Below, piece by piece: positions 38,919 through 48,577 of a DNA stretch of 60,260 nt; the stretch's first letter is position 1, and every line of letters begins with the position of its first letter. Both the position numbers and the translations under genes were made by a program. Source of the stretch: Candidatus Uhrbacteria bacterium GW2011_GWE2_46_68. GTDB lineage: Bacteria > Patescibacteriota > Patescibacteriia > UBA9934 > GWF2-40-263. The stretch spans positions 1-60,260 of the forward strand of contig LCMS01000003.1 in NCBI GenBank assembly GCA_001002765.1, given 5' to 3'. The notes under the pieces are model-generated. The model was given only the letters and a program-made list of their open reading frames with translations, was not told the origin of the DNA and did no database searches.

Positions 38919-40268
38919 ATGCGACCAGGATTTGAAAGGGCCCTTCGACAATACGGGGATGTCATCAAAGATGTCCGTAAGACGGAAAAAGGAGATCAAG
39001 TATCCTCGGACGTGGATCTTCAAAAATTGGAAACCGTTGCGGATTATTTTGTCTCCAAACGATCATCGGAGTTGGATATGGAACGAGGAACACAAAGCCG
39101 CATTTTCGATCTTCAAAAAGAAAAACAGATCATCATGGAGCAACTGAAAGCGCGGCTGCGTGACATAGATGATCCTCATGCGCCTGAAGTGGAATCCTCC
39201 AAAGATGCATTGGTGGCGCATTATGACGTACAGAAAAATAATTACACAGTGACCGATTCTCAAGGGCGTGTTCACGAAGTCACACTGGGAGAAATGGTGG
39301 CCGATGTTCCTTGGGGACTCTCTTATTTATTGAGAAAAGACGCTCCGCGCGTGCATCAAAAGCAGTATGCCGTCGCTCAAGCCAAAGAGGCGCTCATGTC
39401 TCATCTGGATAGGCAGATTTGTTTGGAGGAACGAGAGCGGAAAGATCATGCTCCTAACATTCACAAGGGCGCTTATGCTCCTTTTGTACAAAAATTGGAA
39501 GGAGCGAGTTTCCCGGAGCATGTGTTGGTTGGATGGTGGGCGGAGGAGATGGTGTGCGGATTTTTAACGAGACTTGTTACAGACGGTATGGTAGATGTGG
39601 AAGTTCACAAAGCCGATGTGTATGAAGACATCAATCACAAGATAGATTTTTCCATTCGTCGCCAACGACATATCCGAGGAGTGGATACTCAAGTGATTCA
39701 AAAAGGGGTGGGTATACAATTTACGCTTTTACGTGATAGGGAAAAACTTCAAAAGAAACAAAGGCAAGTGGAAGAGGCGAGAGGCAATTTGGAGCAAATG
39801 GATTTGGATGATTTGGTGCTCGTACATATTTCCATTGGAAGTAAAATCATCCAATCAGTCAGGCAGTGGAAAGAGGCGGGAGAACCGCCCGGGGGTCCTA
39901 TGCGATTTTGGTCAGTGGAGACTAGGCGCGCGATCCTTCGTGGTGTTTTGCAAAATCTTTTTTCTCCTGAGGAGTTGCAATCCGTGCAAGAGGCGATGGG
40001 AGACTCTTCAGAAAAGAAAAAATCTGCCAAAGAAAATAAAAAAGTTCGTTTTGTTGAGCGCATACAAGAAATTTCCGGCTATCTTACAGAAGAGATGAAG
40101 GCTGATGAAGTGTTGATGACAAGAGCTCTAGAGGTACTGGGAGCCATTCATGGAGGCTTACCTGTTGATCATCCAAAAAGAGAAAAGATTTTTTTGCATG
40201 CTGCCGCCAGATTGGTACGAAAGTATCGTGCAGATCAAAAGCAACAAAAATTAGAACAAGCGGCGTAA
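38919..40268 (+). CDS. Hypothetical protein, possible PD-(D/E)XK-like fold
   Basis: WAEEMV...EDINHKIDF...GIQFT; start moved to MRPG. Confidence 0.7.
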   Translation: MRPGFERALRQYGDVIKDVRKTEKGDQVSSDVDLQKLETVADYFVSKRSSELDMERGTQSRIFDLQKEKQIIMEQLKARLRDIDDPHAPEVESSKDALVAHYDVQKNNYTVTDSQGRVHEVTLGEMVADVPWGLSYLLRKDAPRVHQKQYAVAQAKEALMSHLDRQICLEERERKDHAPNIHKGAYAPFVQKLEGASFPEHVLVGWWAEEMVCGFLTRLVTDGMVDVEVHKADVYEDINHKIDFSIRRQRHIRGVDTQVIQKGVGIQFTLLRDREKLQKKQRQVEEARGNLEQMDLDDLVLVHISIGSKIIQSVRQWKEAGEPPGGPMRFWSVETRRAILRGVLQNLFSPEELQSVQEAMGDSSEKKKSAKENKKVRFVERIQEISGYLTEEMKADEVLMTRALEVLGAIHGGLPVDHPKREKIFLHAAARLVRKYRADQKQQKLEQAA

Positions 40269-40277
40269 GATTATTTT

Positions 40278-40862
40278 ATGCAAAAACGTATTTTTATTGT
40301 GTATGGATGGGGTGGGCATCCTGGGGAGGGATGGTTTCCCTGGCTTAAACAGGAACTGGAGGCGCGAGGGTTTCGAGTTTTTATTCCAAAACTTCCTGAC
40401 GCGGAAAATCCACACAAAGAACACTGGGTGCCCGCACTTGCACAAGTAGTTGGAATTCCTGATGCTCAAACTTATTTTGTGGGGCATAGCATGGGATGTC
40501 AGACGATTGCTCGATATCTTACTTCCCTTCCCTCCGAAGCACGGGTGGGCGGTGCGGTTTTTGTGGCAGGATTTTTTAAGAAGTTGACCAATTTAGAGAC
40601 AGATGAGGATACACAAACCATAGTCAAGTCGTGGCTTGATTGTCCGATTGATTTTGCGGACGTTGCTTCTCACCTTCCAAAATCCATTGCGATTTTTTCC
40701 GACACTGATCCATATGTGCCTATGGAAAATCAGGATGACTTTCGTGATCACCTTGGATCGAAAATTATTATAGAACACGCAAAGGGACATTTTAGCGGGT
40801 CCCTTGATAAAGCTTTTGAAGTTCCCGTCATTTTAGAGTCAGTATTGGAGATTGCAACGTAA
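40278..40862 (+). CDS. RBBP9/YdeN family alpha/beta hydrolase
   Basis: YGWGG..WFPWL, GHSMG, SDTDPYVP and GHF. Confidence 0.9.
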   Translation: MQKRIFIVYGWGGHPGEGWFPWLKQELEARGFRVFIPKLPDAENPHKEHWVPALAQVVGIPDAQTYFVGHSMGCQTIARYLTSLPSEARVGGAVFVAGFFKKLTNLETDEDTQTIVKSWLDCPIDFADVASHLPKSIAIFSDTDPYVPMENQDDFRDHLGSKIIIEHAKGHFSGSLDKAFEVPVILESVLEIAT

Positions 40863-40873
40863 GACAAGTAAAC

Positions 40874-40911
40874 AAAAAATCACCCTCATAAGCAGAGGGT
40901 GATTTTGTTTT
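40874..40911. terminator. Bidirectional terminator
   Basis: aaaaaatcaccctc-ataagca-gagggtgattttgtttt between convergent genes. Confidence 0.85.
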
Positions 40912-40918
40912 AAAGTGT

Positions 40919-41722
40919 TTATTCTTGGAAGCAGCTGGTGAGCAGATCTTCTGGAATATCGTCAGAGCCGATCAATAGGCGTAGATCATCACATGCGACA
41001 GATCCCTCATCTCCACTCATCACAATTTCCCATTGAGTGGTTTTTTTTGCGATAAACATTCTTGGGTAAGGTTCCTCTCCTTTTGTGTAAACACCTCGTA
41101 CAATATGCATCCCTTCAAGATCCCAAGAAGTTTTTTCCATAACAACTTCTGTTATCTGTGATCGCGGAATCTCCAAGGCGGAAGCGATAAGATTGGTGAT
41201 AGATTCCTCGGTCGTCACCTCGGGGATTTCTTCAAGCAGATTGATTCCACAGGAAATGGTCATGCCGCTTGGAAGTTCCAAAATAAGATTGCCCTGGGTA
41301 TGCGCCATGTGTACCACCGTACAGACGACATTATTTTTTTTGTAAGCCTCTTGCGTCCACTGATTTGGATTGGCTCCGACATTGGGAAGATCCAAGACAA
41401 ATCCATTTTGCATGAAATAGTCAGAGATTGCCGTCCAATTTTCCTGTGTCATCTCGGGGGCCATCCACTGTTTACCTGTGATCATCATGTTCTTGACCTC
41501 TCTATCAACAACCACAATCCAAGGAAATTCCTTGTCGATCATGAAGGTAAAGGTGATGCCGGTTTCGCGTTGAACATCTTGGAGAAATTCGTAGGTGGCA
41601 TCATGTGCGGTCTCGGGCGGAGTCCATGGTTTTTCGCGGGAAGGCGCAGTGAATCCATAAATGACAGCTCCAAAGACTAAGGCGCAGACAATACCCCAGA
41701 GGGGGGAAATAGTTTTGTTCAT
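40919..41722 (-). CDS. Hypothetical membrane-anchored/secreted protein
   Basis: N-terminal TM after MNKTIS (41722); several Cys. Confidence 0.65.
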   Translation of the reverse strand: MNKTISPLWGIVCALVFGAVIYGFTAPSREKPWTPPETAHDATYEFLQDVQRETGITFTFMIDKEFPWIVVVDREVKNMMITGKQWMAPEMTQENWTAISDYFMQNGFVLDLPNVGANPNQWTQEAYKKNNVVCTVVHMAHTQGNLILELPSGMTISCGINLLEEIPEVTTEESITNLIASALEIPRSQITEVVMEKTSWDLEGMHIVRGVYTKGEEPYPRMFIAKKTTQWEIVMSGDEGSVACDDLRLLIGSDDIPEDLLTSCFQE

Positions 41723-41754
41723 AGAAGTATGATCAGCGTAGCGGATCTTGAATG

Positions 41755-42207
41755 TTATGAGAAGAGTGGACTTTGGGGATGGATTTTGTCCCCAAATTTT
41801 TCGAGGAAATAAGGCAATTGCGAGTGAAGAGGTTCTGGCCATTGTCCGTAGGGAAACCATTTAAGATCATCAAACTTGTGTGGTTCACAATTTTTGACTT
41901 GCGAGGCATTGATATGAACGAGAAAATGCAGAGCAATCCAATGAGTGGGAGATCCCTCGTGCTTCCGATGGACATCACGATAGCCAAGGAAGTGACAAGA
42001 AAGAACATCGGCTCCGTATTCTTCTTTGATTTCTTTATGGATGGTTTGATCCACGGTTTCTCCAAAGTCGAGTCCCCCACCTCCACAATCCCAACATCCA
42101 TGTTCATCACGACAATTTGTGCTACGTTTGGCAAAAAGAAAATTTCCTTCCCCATCGTGACAAAGGAAAACGATAGTAACTCCGGTATAATCAACACCTT
42201 TTTTCAT
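41755..42207 (-). CDS. NUDIX hydrolase
   Basis: GGGLDFGETVDQTIHKEIKEEYG Nudix box; start moved to MKKG. Confidence 0.9.
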   Translation of the reverse strand: MKKGVDYTGVTIVFLCHDGEGNFLFAKRSTNCRDEHGCWDCGGGGLDFGETVDQTIHKEIKEEYGADVLSCHFLGYRDVHRKHEGSPTHWIALHFLVHINASQVKNCEPHKFDDLKWFPYGQWPEPLHSQLPYFLEKFGDKIHPQSPLFS

Positions 42208-42230
42208 AATGCTTTTTATTCCCAAATTTA

Positions 42231-42878
42231 TTAACGCACGATCCACTGATTAGAGATTGCCTTCCACACTTTATCAGCGAATTGAATAAATATGTAAACA
42301 TGTTCCTTTTCAAAATAGATTTCGTCATTATGAAAATCAATTTTAAAATTAGATCCCTTTAAGTTTTTTTGAAGATTACTCTGCCTTTCTTTTGAGAGCT
42401 TTGTGTCTCCGTGGTCTAGTGCATTTCGTATATGACGACAAACTCTTATATCTGCATCTCCCAGCATGAAATCATGTTCAAGTATACGGTCAAGATAAGT
42501 CAGACATGCATACATGCCATTGCCTTTCATATCCCTTAGAGAAAACTTCTGTTCACTCATTTTTTGGAGCTGATTACAGAGTTCTTTCAAGTCATGTTCA
42601 ATGAAAGCAAAAACAGTTGATATAAAGGATCGAAATAAAATTTGTTGGAAGCATTCAATCTCATATGTTTCCTCACCTAATTGAAGGCCATCCCATTCTT
42701 TTTTTGTATATCCCTGATATTCTTCACCTCCGTCATGCATTCGTTCCCATTCCTTCCCTTTTTTCTTTAGAACTTCATCTTGTTTTTTTGATTCTTCTAT
42801 CAAAAAATCAGCAACCCGTTTAAGCTGACTTATTTCGGTCGCGCCTACAATTTCTCGCCAGTTAATTTGTTCTTTCAT
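42231..42878 (-). CDS. Putative HEPN-domain protein
   Basis: Helical protein with RSFISTVFAFIEHDL and C-terminal R-X4-H (RNALDH); AT-rich. Confidence 0.6.
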   Translation of the reverse strand: MKEQINWREIVGATEISQLKRVADFLIEESKKQDEVLKKKGKEWERMHDGGEEYQGYTKKEWDGLQLGEETYEIECFQQILFRSFISTVFAFIEHDLKELCNQLQKMSEQKFSLRDMKGNGMYACLTYLDRILEHDFMLGDADIRVCRHIRNALDHGDTKLSKERQSNLQKNLKGSNFKIDFHNDEIYFEKEHVYIFIQFADKVWKAISNQWIVR

Positions 42879-42986
42879 AAAATAATGCTTTTACTATACA
42901 TCAGTTTTTTACAGACAGAAAAACCTCCCATTTTGGGAGGTTCTTCTCTGGTCTCTCGGAGTCTCGTTTGACGAGGCAAAGTGAGA

Positions 42987-43062
42987 TGGGGTGCCTAGAG
43001 AGAATCGAACTCTCATTACCGGGACCACAACCCGGCGCACTAACCATTATGCTATAGGCACC
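42987..43062 (-). tRNA. tRNA-His(GTG)
   Basis: G-1, GTGCCTA/TAGGCAC acceptor stem, anticodon loop TTGTGGT, C discriminator, CCA. Confidence 0.96.
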
Positions 43063-43143
43063 ATGAATAACGATGGGGAGTATAGCAGGGGGAAAGGGTG
43101 ATTTCAAGGCATCGATATGAGTGAATGGCCGTTTACCGCGGCG

Positions 43144-43171
43144 GTAGGGGCGAACGGTTGTTCGCCCCTAG
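43144..43171. repeat. GTAG-type REP-like palindrome, copy 3
   Basis: gtaggggcgaac-ggtt-gttcgcccctag. Confidence 0.7.
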
Positions 43172-43241
43172 AAAATGTTGTTTTCAATTTTCATGTTTTT
43201 TACAAAAGAAGGAAAAAAGAAAGGAGACCCAAGCAGGGGTC

Positions 43242-43682
43242 TCAAGACGCGTTATTCTTGGAAGACGTTTTTTTGTGCCCACCACCACGTTTGCGCGCGG
43301 AGGAAGGAGTGGAAGGTGACGCACTAAGGTTTATCAACTTTTTTCCACACCCCACACAGAATTCTGCGTTCTCCTCAAGAATGGAACGGCACTTCGGACA
43401 ATGTGGTTTGTCAAACAGGCTTTTGTCCGAGGCACCTCCGCAATAGGGGCAGAAGTTTAGTTTGATGTCGAGACGTCGCCGACACTTTTTGCACCATCCG
43501 CCTTCTTGTGCGAGATAGGACAGTTTTTCGATCTTTTTTCCACACTGCGTGCAAAAGAGATGATCAGATTTGATACTCGTTCCGCAGTTTGGGCAGTAGC
43601 TCCACATTTTTCCTGTCGTTTGTACCGGCTTATAGGGAACATGGGTTTGGTCCGGGTAGTCAGGAGAGTCGTGTTTCCACAT
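43242..43682 (-). CDS. Multi zinc-ribbon (DZR-like) protein
   Basis: Six CxxC pairs (CPNC, CTQC, CKKC, CPYC, CPKC, CVGC); AAGGAGG before ATG 43682. Confidence 0.75.
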   Translation of the reverse strand: MWKHDSPDYPDQTHVPYKPVQTTGKMWSYCPNCGTSIKSDHLFCTQCGKKIEKLSYLAQEGGWCKKCRRRLDIKLNFCPYCGGASDKSLFDKPHCPKCRSILEENAEFCVGCGKKLINLSASPSTPSSARKRGGGHKKTSSKNNAS

Positions 43683-44397
43683 GGGAGCGTCCTCCTTCTG
43701 GTTTGATGTTTTGAGATGGGGCACCGCAGCGGAAGCAGAATTTATTTTTTCGCTCAAATGTTTTCATACCGCAGCGCAGACAGTGGTGACCCATTAGCAC
43801 AAACAAAATTGGAGCTCGGTTTGCCCAATTTTCGGCCGTCACAAGTCCGGTCTCATAACGCCAAGCCTTCACAAATTCGTCTTCACACATCCGCCAGTCA
43901 AGCAAAGCGATTTCCGTTTGAGGATGGAGCCCATGGCGCAAAGTCGTTTGCACAACTCGCATCACCTGCCACATGGACACAGCGACTCCACTCGTAGGAC
44001 GACAGGCAAGCGACCAATCAATACCGAGAACCCCTGGGTTCTTTGGATATTGTGGATTGGTGAAAGCTACAAAGCGCGTAAATCCTCCAAATCCCTTTTG
44101 ATGATTTTTCTCGTCATAGCACAAGGGATAGGGATCTACCTCATCGGTGAATTCGGCGACAAGTTCCGCATGAAGGCCGCGATGGAGAGAATCCTTATGT
44201 GCCAAGATGGAAAGATCACGGGCGGGATGTGTCACACCTTTGCTCATCCCCCATCCAATCCATGGGCATTGCGCTTTATCTTTGGGGCGCATCCGCGAAG
44301 GATCCATGAAATGTCCAACTTCTACCGATCGGGCGAAGTGCGGATGAAGGGATGGAACCTCCACACGCACTCCGTGGTCAAAGAGAAACGCGGGCAT
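43660..44397 (-). CDS. Hypothetical protein with C-terminal zinc ribbon
   Basis: CLRC...CFRC at the C-terminus; ATG 44397 overlaps the upstream stop (TAATG). Confidence 0.65.
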   Translation of the reverse strand: MPAFLFDHGVRVEVPSLHPHFARSVEVGHFMDPSRMRPKDKAQCPWIGWGMSKGVTHPARDLSILAHKDSLHRGLHAELVAEFTDEVDPYPLCYDEKNHQKGFGGFTRFVAFTNPQYPKNPGVLGIDWSLACRPTSGVAVSMWQVMRVVQTTLRHGLHPQTEIALLDWRMCEDEFVKAWRYETGLVTAENWANRAPILFVLMGHHCLRCGMKTFERKNKFCFRCGAPSQNIKPEGGRSHVETRLS

Positions 44398-44732
44398 TAG
44401 ATCCACTCCATGGCAAGGATGATTCCCAAGCACAAGAAGTGAAGGCCTTGATCCACAGCATCAGAAAACAGGTTGAGCCTTGCCTTACAAATGTCGATGA
44501 GCAGGTGGGAGCAGAGGATGAAGAGGAGTGCACAGGGATCAAAGGTCAAAGTGGGAAAGGCGAAGATGAGGGCAAACACAGACGTGTAGGTCGTGACATG
44601 GGCAAACATGGGGTGCCATTCCTTGCCCTTCATCATGGCCATCCAGGCGTTTTGGAGCCCGTAGTCTCCCAAAAAATGGCAAGCCAAGAGGAGAAGAAAC
44701 TTTTTGATGAGGAGAAAGAGGACGGCGGACAT
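44397..44732 (-). CDS. DUF3307-like membrane protein
   Basis: HFLGDYGLQ...H...SHLLID..K...DQGLH; AAGGAGG SD. Confidence 0.8.
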   Translation of the reverse strand: MSAVLFLLIKKFLLLLACHFLGDYGLQNAWMAMMKGKEWHPMFAHVTTYTSVFALIFAFPTLTFDPCALLFILCSHLLIDICKARLNLFSDAVDQGLHFLCLGIILAMEWI

Positions 44733-44873
44733 GGGGCGACCTCCTTTTTATGAACGTATTGGAAAGAACTTCATCTTCACCATAAGGGGTTTTAAGGAAA
44801 GGGTCGAGACGATCTGTCGTTTATTTCGACACACTTTTGACTTCCTTTTTTAGATGAAATACCCTGAAAATAT

Positions 44874-45668
44874 ATGCGTATGCAAGATGCATCCAAACTT
44901 ATCGCCGGTCTTCAGGCGTTTGGCTTGGACAAAAGAGAAGCCCGGCTTTATCTGGCCAGTTTGCGCAAAGGGCCTTCAAGCGTTTTAGAGCTTTCACGCG
45001 CAACTCATTTGCCGCGCACAACGATCTATCCGCTTTTGGATCGTTTGACGCAGGAGGGGGTATTTCGCACAGGAAAACAAAAGAATCGTGCGGTGTATAT
45101 TGCTGAGGAGCCTGGTGTTTTGGATCGGAGACTGCGCGAGCGGCAAGCTGTGTTTTCCCAAATCACAGACGAGCTTTCCACCATTGAAGAGATCGGATCC
45201 TCAAGTCCTTCGATCACCTATTACGAGGGAACCGAAGGGCTCAAAAGATTATGGCGTAGAATTTATCGCTCTGGAGTCAAGGAATATCACATGATGACGA
45301 CCGGGGTTGGGTTTCTTGAATACGTAAAAAAGCCGTATCTCATCAAACAAATTATCGGGGATCGGGTGAAACAAAAAATCATGAGTTATCAGTTATTGCC
45401 CGAGAATCGGTATACCAAAGAAATTGTTGCCAATGACGTAAATGAACTTCGCGAATCCCGTTTTCTTCCTGCAAACATCGAACTTCCCGCTACCATCATT
45501 TTATTTGGACAAGAAGTGGCGTTTGTGACAACCCGAAAAGAAAATGCCATGATATTGGTGACAAGCGGCGACATTGCCGTTTCCTTGCGATCATTGTTTT
45601 CTCTTTTATGGCAATGCGCCAAGATGCCCGAGCGTGATGAAGGTGTGTGGGGTGCAGGAGGCGCATAA
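44874..45668 (+). CDS. TrmB family transcriptional regulator
   Basis: GLDKREARLYLASL...LPRTTIYPLL HTH; YYEGTEGLK PLD-like sensor domain. Confidence 0.88.
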   Translation: MRMQDASKLIAGLQAFGLDKREARLYLASLRKGPSSVLELSRATHLPRTTIYPLLDRLTQEGVFRTGKQKNRAVYIAEEPGVLDRRLRERQAVFSQITDELSTIEEIGSSSPSITYYEGTEGLKRLWRRIYRSGVKEYHMMTTGVGFLEYVKKPYLIKQIIGDRVKQKIMSYQLLPENRYTKEIVANDVNELRESRFLPANIELPATIILFGQEVAFVTTRKENAMILVTSGDIAVSLRSLFSLLWQCAKMPERDEGVWGAGGA

Positions 45669-45938
45669 GGTATAAAACAAACCGCTCGATGAGCGGTTTT
45701 TTGGAAGAGGATTCTTAAGGTTATAGAAAACCGCCCATCTGTTGCGGGCGGTTCACGTCGTTAAAGAGAATTTCCAAAACTCTTAGTGCGATTTCCGAGT
45801 TTTTCACGGAAGTCTCCTCCTTTTATTGTTGGGGATTTTCCCCGTAAGTTATTTCCTTTTTTGCGTCAATAGACACTCCGCGATCGTCCATTGGTTTTTC
45901 GTAGACGCAAAAAATGAAAGCACGTACCATATGCGTGT

Positions 45939-48572
45939 ATGGAATATCAAAAACCTCGCCTGCTTTTACTTGATGGTAATGCTCTTTTGCATCGTGCTTG
46001 GCACGCCATCCCCCCCCTTACCACAAAAGATGGACTCGTGGTAAACGCCGCTTACGGATTTTCCATGATTTTGGAGCGCATGCTCAAACAGTACGCACCT
46101 ACACACATGGTGGTTGCTTGGGATCGCAGAGAAAAAACATTTCGCCATGAGGAGTTTGCCGCTTATAAAGCGCAGCGAGAAAAAAAAGAGCAAGAGCTTT
46201 ATGATCAGATTCCGATTATTCAAAATATTTTGAAGGCGCATGGGATTATTTCGGTTGATGCCAGGGGGTATGAGGCGGATGACATTATTGGAACTTATGC
46301 CACCCAAGCATCCAAAAAAGAATGGGAGACGTTTATTGTGACCGGGGACTTGGACAGTCTTCAGCTTGTGGATCGTCATGTCCACGTGGTTACGTTTAAA
46401 AAAGGTGTTTCTGAAACCATGGAATATGATGAGGCTGCGGTTAAGGAACGCTACGGACTTACACCAAAACAACTCATTGATTACAAAGCTTTGCGCGGGG
46501 ATCCGTCGGATAATATCCCTGGCGTTATGGGAATTGGAGAAAAAACGGCGGTGATTTTACTTCAAGAATATGGGGATCTTGCTCATATTTTGAAGGCATT
46601 AGCCTCCGGTGGTTTGGATCAAAAATATGCAAAAAAGTTTGAAGGGCAGGAAGAGATTGCCCTGCAAGCGCTTCGGCTTGTGACGATCGTTAAAGATATG
46701 GATTTGCCTCTTTCGCTCACACAAACCACGTGTCAGGATGCACACGAAGATGAGATTAAATCCCTGTATCAATCTTTGGAATTTCATAGTCTCTTGCGAC
46801 ATCGTCAAGAAAAAAATGAAAAAGCGGTTTCCAAAGAGGAGAAAGAAAAACCTCGCGCGTCTTTGGTGCGGAAAGCAGATGCCTCTACACTTGAAACATT
46901 TTGTCGCGACCGTGTGATCGGGTTTTTTGTTTTACCAAAGCCTGCGGATTTGTTTGGATCCGCTTCCATTGCATTTGCGTTTTCGGATGGAAAAGAATTC
47001 ATGGTTTTTTCAGAACCCACAGAAGAGGAGATCAAAGAAGCACAACGCGTTTTATCTCTTGCTTCCACCGCGATTGTTTGCGATTTGAAAAAGATTTTTC
47101 ATCTTTTTGGAAATGTGATTTCGGGAAATTTTTTTGATCTTGAGCTTGGATATTATCTTTTGCATTCCGGAGATCGTGTGCATGATGTCGTGGATATTTT
47201 GCGCCAAACACTTGGTGATCGCGTTTCTGATACCCCCATTTCTCTTGCAAGTGCGGGAGAAGAAAAAAAGATCGGATTTTTTGTTTCCTGTTTTATTCCC
47301 GCTTTTCAAAAAATTCAAAAAGAAATGGTCGAGTGCGGGATGACATCCGTATTCGAACATATTGAAATGCCGCTTGTTCCTGTGCTGTATGTCATGGAAA
47401 AAAGAGGAGTGCTTGTGAATACCAAGGCCCTTGGAGAGTTTTCCAAAGAGCTGCAGGAAGAGCTGAAGGGACTGACAGAGAAGATCACAAAAAGCGCAGG
47501 AGAAACGTTTAACATCAACTCCCCTCTTCAGCTGGCCGAGGTGTTATTTGATCACTTGCATCTTCCCATCAAGGGGATCAAAAAAACACAAACAGGATAT
47601 TCCACGGCGGCCGCGGAATTGGAAAAATTATGGGAGACGCATGAGATTATTCCACTCATTAGCGAATATCGTGAGCTGGCGAAATTGCAATCCACCTATG
47701 TGGAGGCGCTCCCGCGACTTGTGAAACCTGATGGGCGCATTCACACAACCTATCAACAAGCGGTTACAGCAACCGGTCGCCTTTCTTCTTCTGATCCCAA
47801 TTTGCAAAACATTCCCATTCGCACCGATCTTGGGAAAAAAATTCGCGAAGCGTTTGAAGCTCCGCGAGGAAAACGGATTCTTTCCGCGGATTATTCCCAA
47901 GTGGAATTGCGTTTGGTTGCCGTGATTGCAAAGGATAAAGCATTTATCAGCGCGTTTAAGGAAGGGGCAGATATTCATACGCGCACTGCGGCCGAGGTGT
48001 GGGGCATTGAAGAATTAAAAGTCACTTCTTCTCAACGTCGCGCGGCCAAGGCTATCAATTTCGGAATCATTTATGGGATGGGTCCGCGTTCGCTCGCGCG
48101 TTCTACAGGCATGACCATGGGAGAGGCAAAACATTTTATTGATCGGTATTTTGAGATCCATCATGCGGTCAAAGATTATCTTGATGAAACAAAGATCAAG
48201 GCACGCGAGCGGGGTTATGTGGAAACATTATTTGGTCGCAGGCGCTATCTTCCCGAGATTCACTCGGGTGTGCAGCAACTGGTTGCCTCTGCCGAGCGAA
48301 TGGCGATCAATATGCCGGTACAAGGGACCGCGGCTGATTTGATGAAAAAGGCGATGTTGGCCGTGGATGGTTGGTTGCAGACTAGTAAGTGGCCTGCCGA
48401 GCTTATTTTGCAGGTGCATGATGAATTGGTGTTTGAAGTGGAAAAAGATGCCGTGTCTGTGGTTGCCTCCGGGGTTAAAAAGATGATGGAAGGCGTGGCG
48501 GATTTTGACGTTCCCCTTTGCGTGGAAGTGGAGGCGGGAAAAAATTGGGGGGAAATGGAGTCTGTTTTGTAA
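45939..48572 (+). CDS. polA: DNA polymerase I
   Basis: 5'-3' exonuclease (LLDGNALLHRAWHA, GDPSDNIPG); polymerase motifs SADYSQVELR, KAINFGIIYG and QVHDEL. Confidence 0.98.
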   Translation: MEYQKPRLLLLDGNALLHRAWHAIPPLTTKDGLVVNAAYGFSMILERMLKQYAPTHMVVAWDRREKTFRHEEFAAYKAQREKKEQELYDQIPIIQNILKAHGIISVDARGYEADDIIGTYATQASKKEWETFIVTGDLDSLQLVDRHVHVVTFKKGVSETMEYDEAAVKERYGLTPKQLIDYKALRGDPSDNIPGVMGIGEKTAVILLQEYGDLAHILKALASGGLDQKYAKKFEGQEEIALQALRLVTIVKDMDLPLSLTQTTCQDAHEDEIKSLYQSLEFHSLLRHRQEKNEKAVSKEEKEKPRASLVRKADASTLETFCRDRVIGFFVLPKPADLFGSASIAFAFSDGKEFMVFSEPTEEEIKEAQRVLSLASTAIVCDLKKIFHLFGNVISGNFFDLELGYYLLHSGDRVHDVVDILRQTLGDRVSDTPISLASAGEEKKIGFFVSCFIPAFQKIQKEMVECGMTSVFEHIEMPLVPVLYVMEKRGVLVNTKALGEFSKELQEELKGLTEKITKSAGETFNINSPLQLAEVLFDHLHLPIKGIKKTQTGYSTAAAELEKLWETHEIIPLISEYRELAKLQSTYVEALPRLVKPDGRIHTTYQQAVTATGRLSSSDPNLQNIPIRTDLGKKIREAFEAPRGKRILSADYSQVELRLVAVIAKDKAFISAFKEGADIHTRTAAEVWGIEELKVTSSQRRAAKAINFGIIYGMGPRSLARSTGMTMGEAKHFIDRYFEIHHAVKDYLDETKIKARERGYVETLFGRRRYLPEIHSGVQQLVASAERMAINMPVQGTAADLMKKAMLAVDGWLQTSKWPAELILQVHDELVFEVEKDAVSVVASGVKKMMEGVADFDVPLCVEVEAGKNWGEMESVL

Positions 48573-48577
48573 AATAA

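Noticed and set aside
46750-47350. Degenerate 3'-5' exonuclease domain in PolA
   Set aside because: Loss of proofreading motifs is common in bacterial Pol I.
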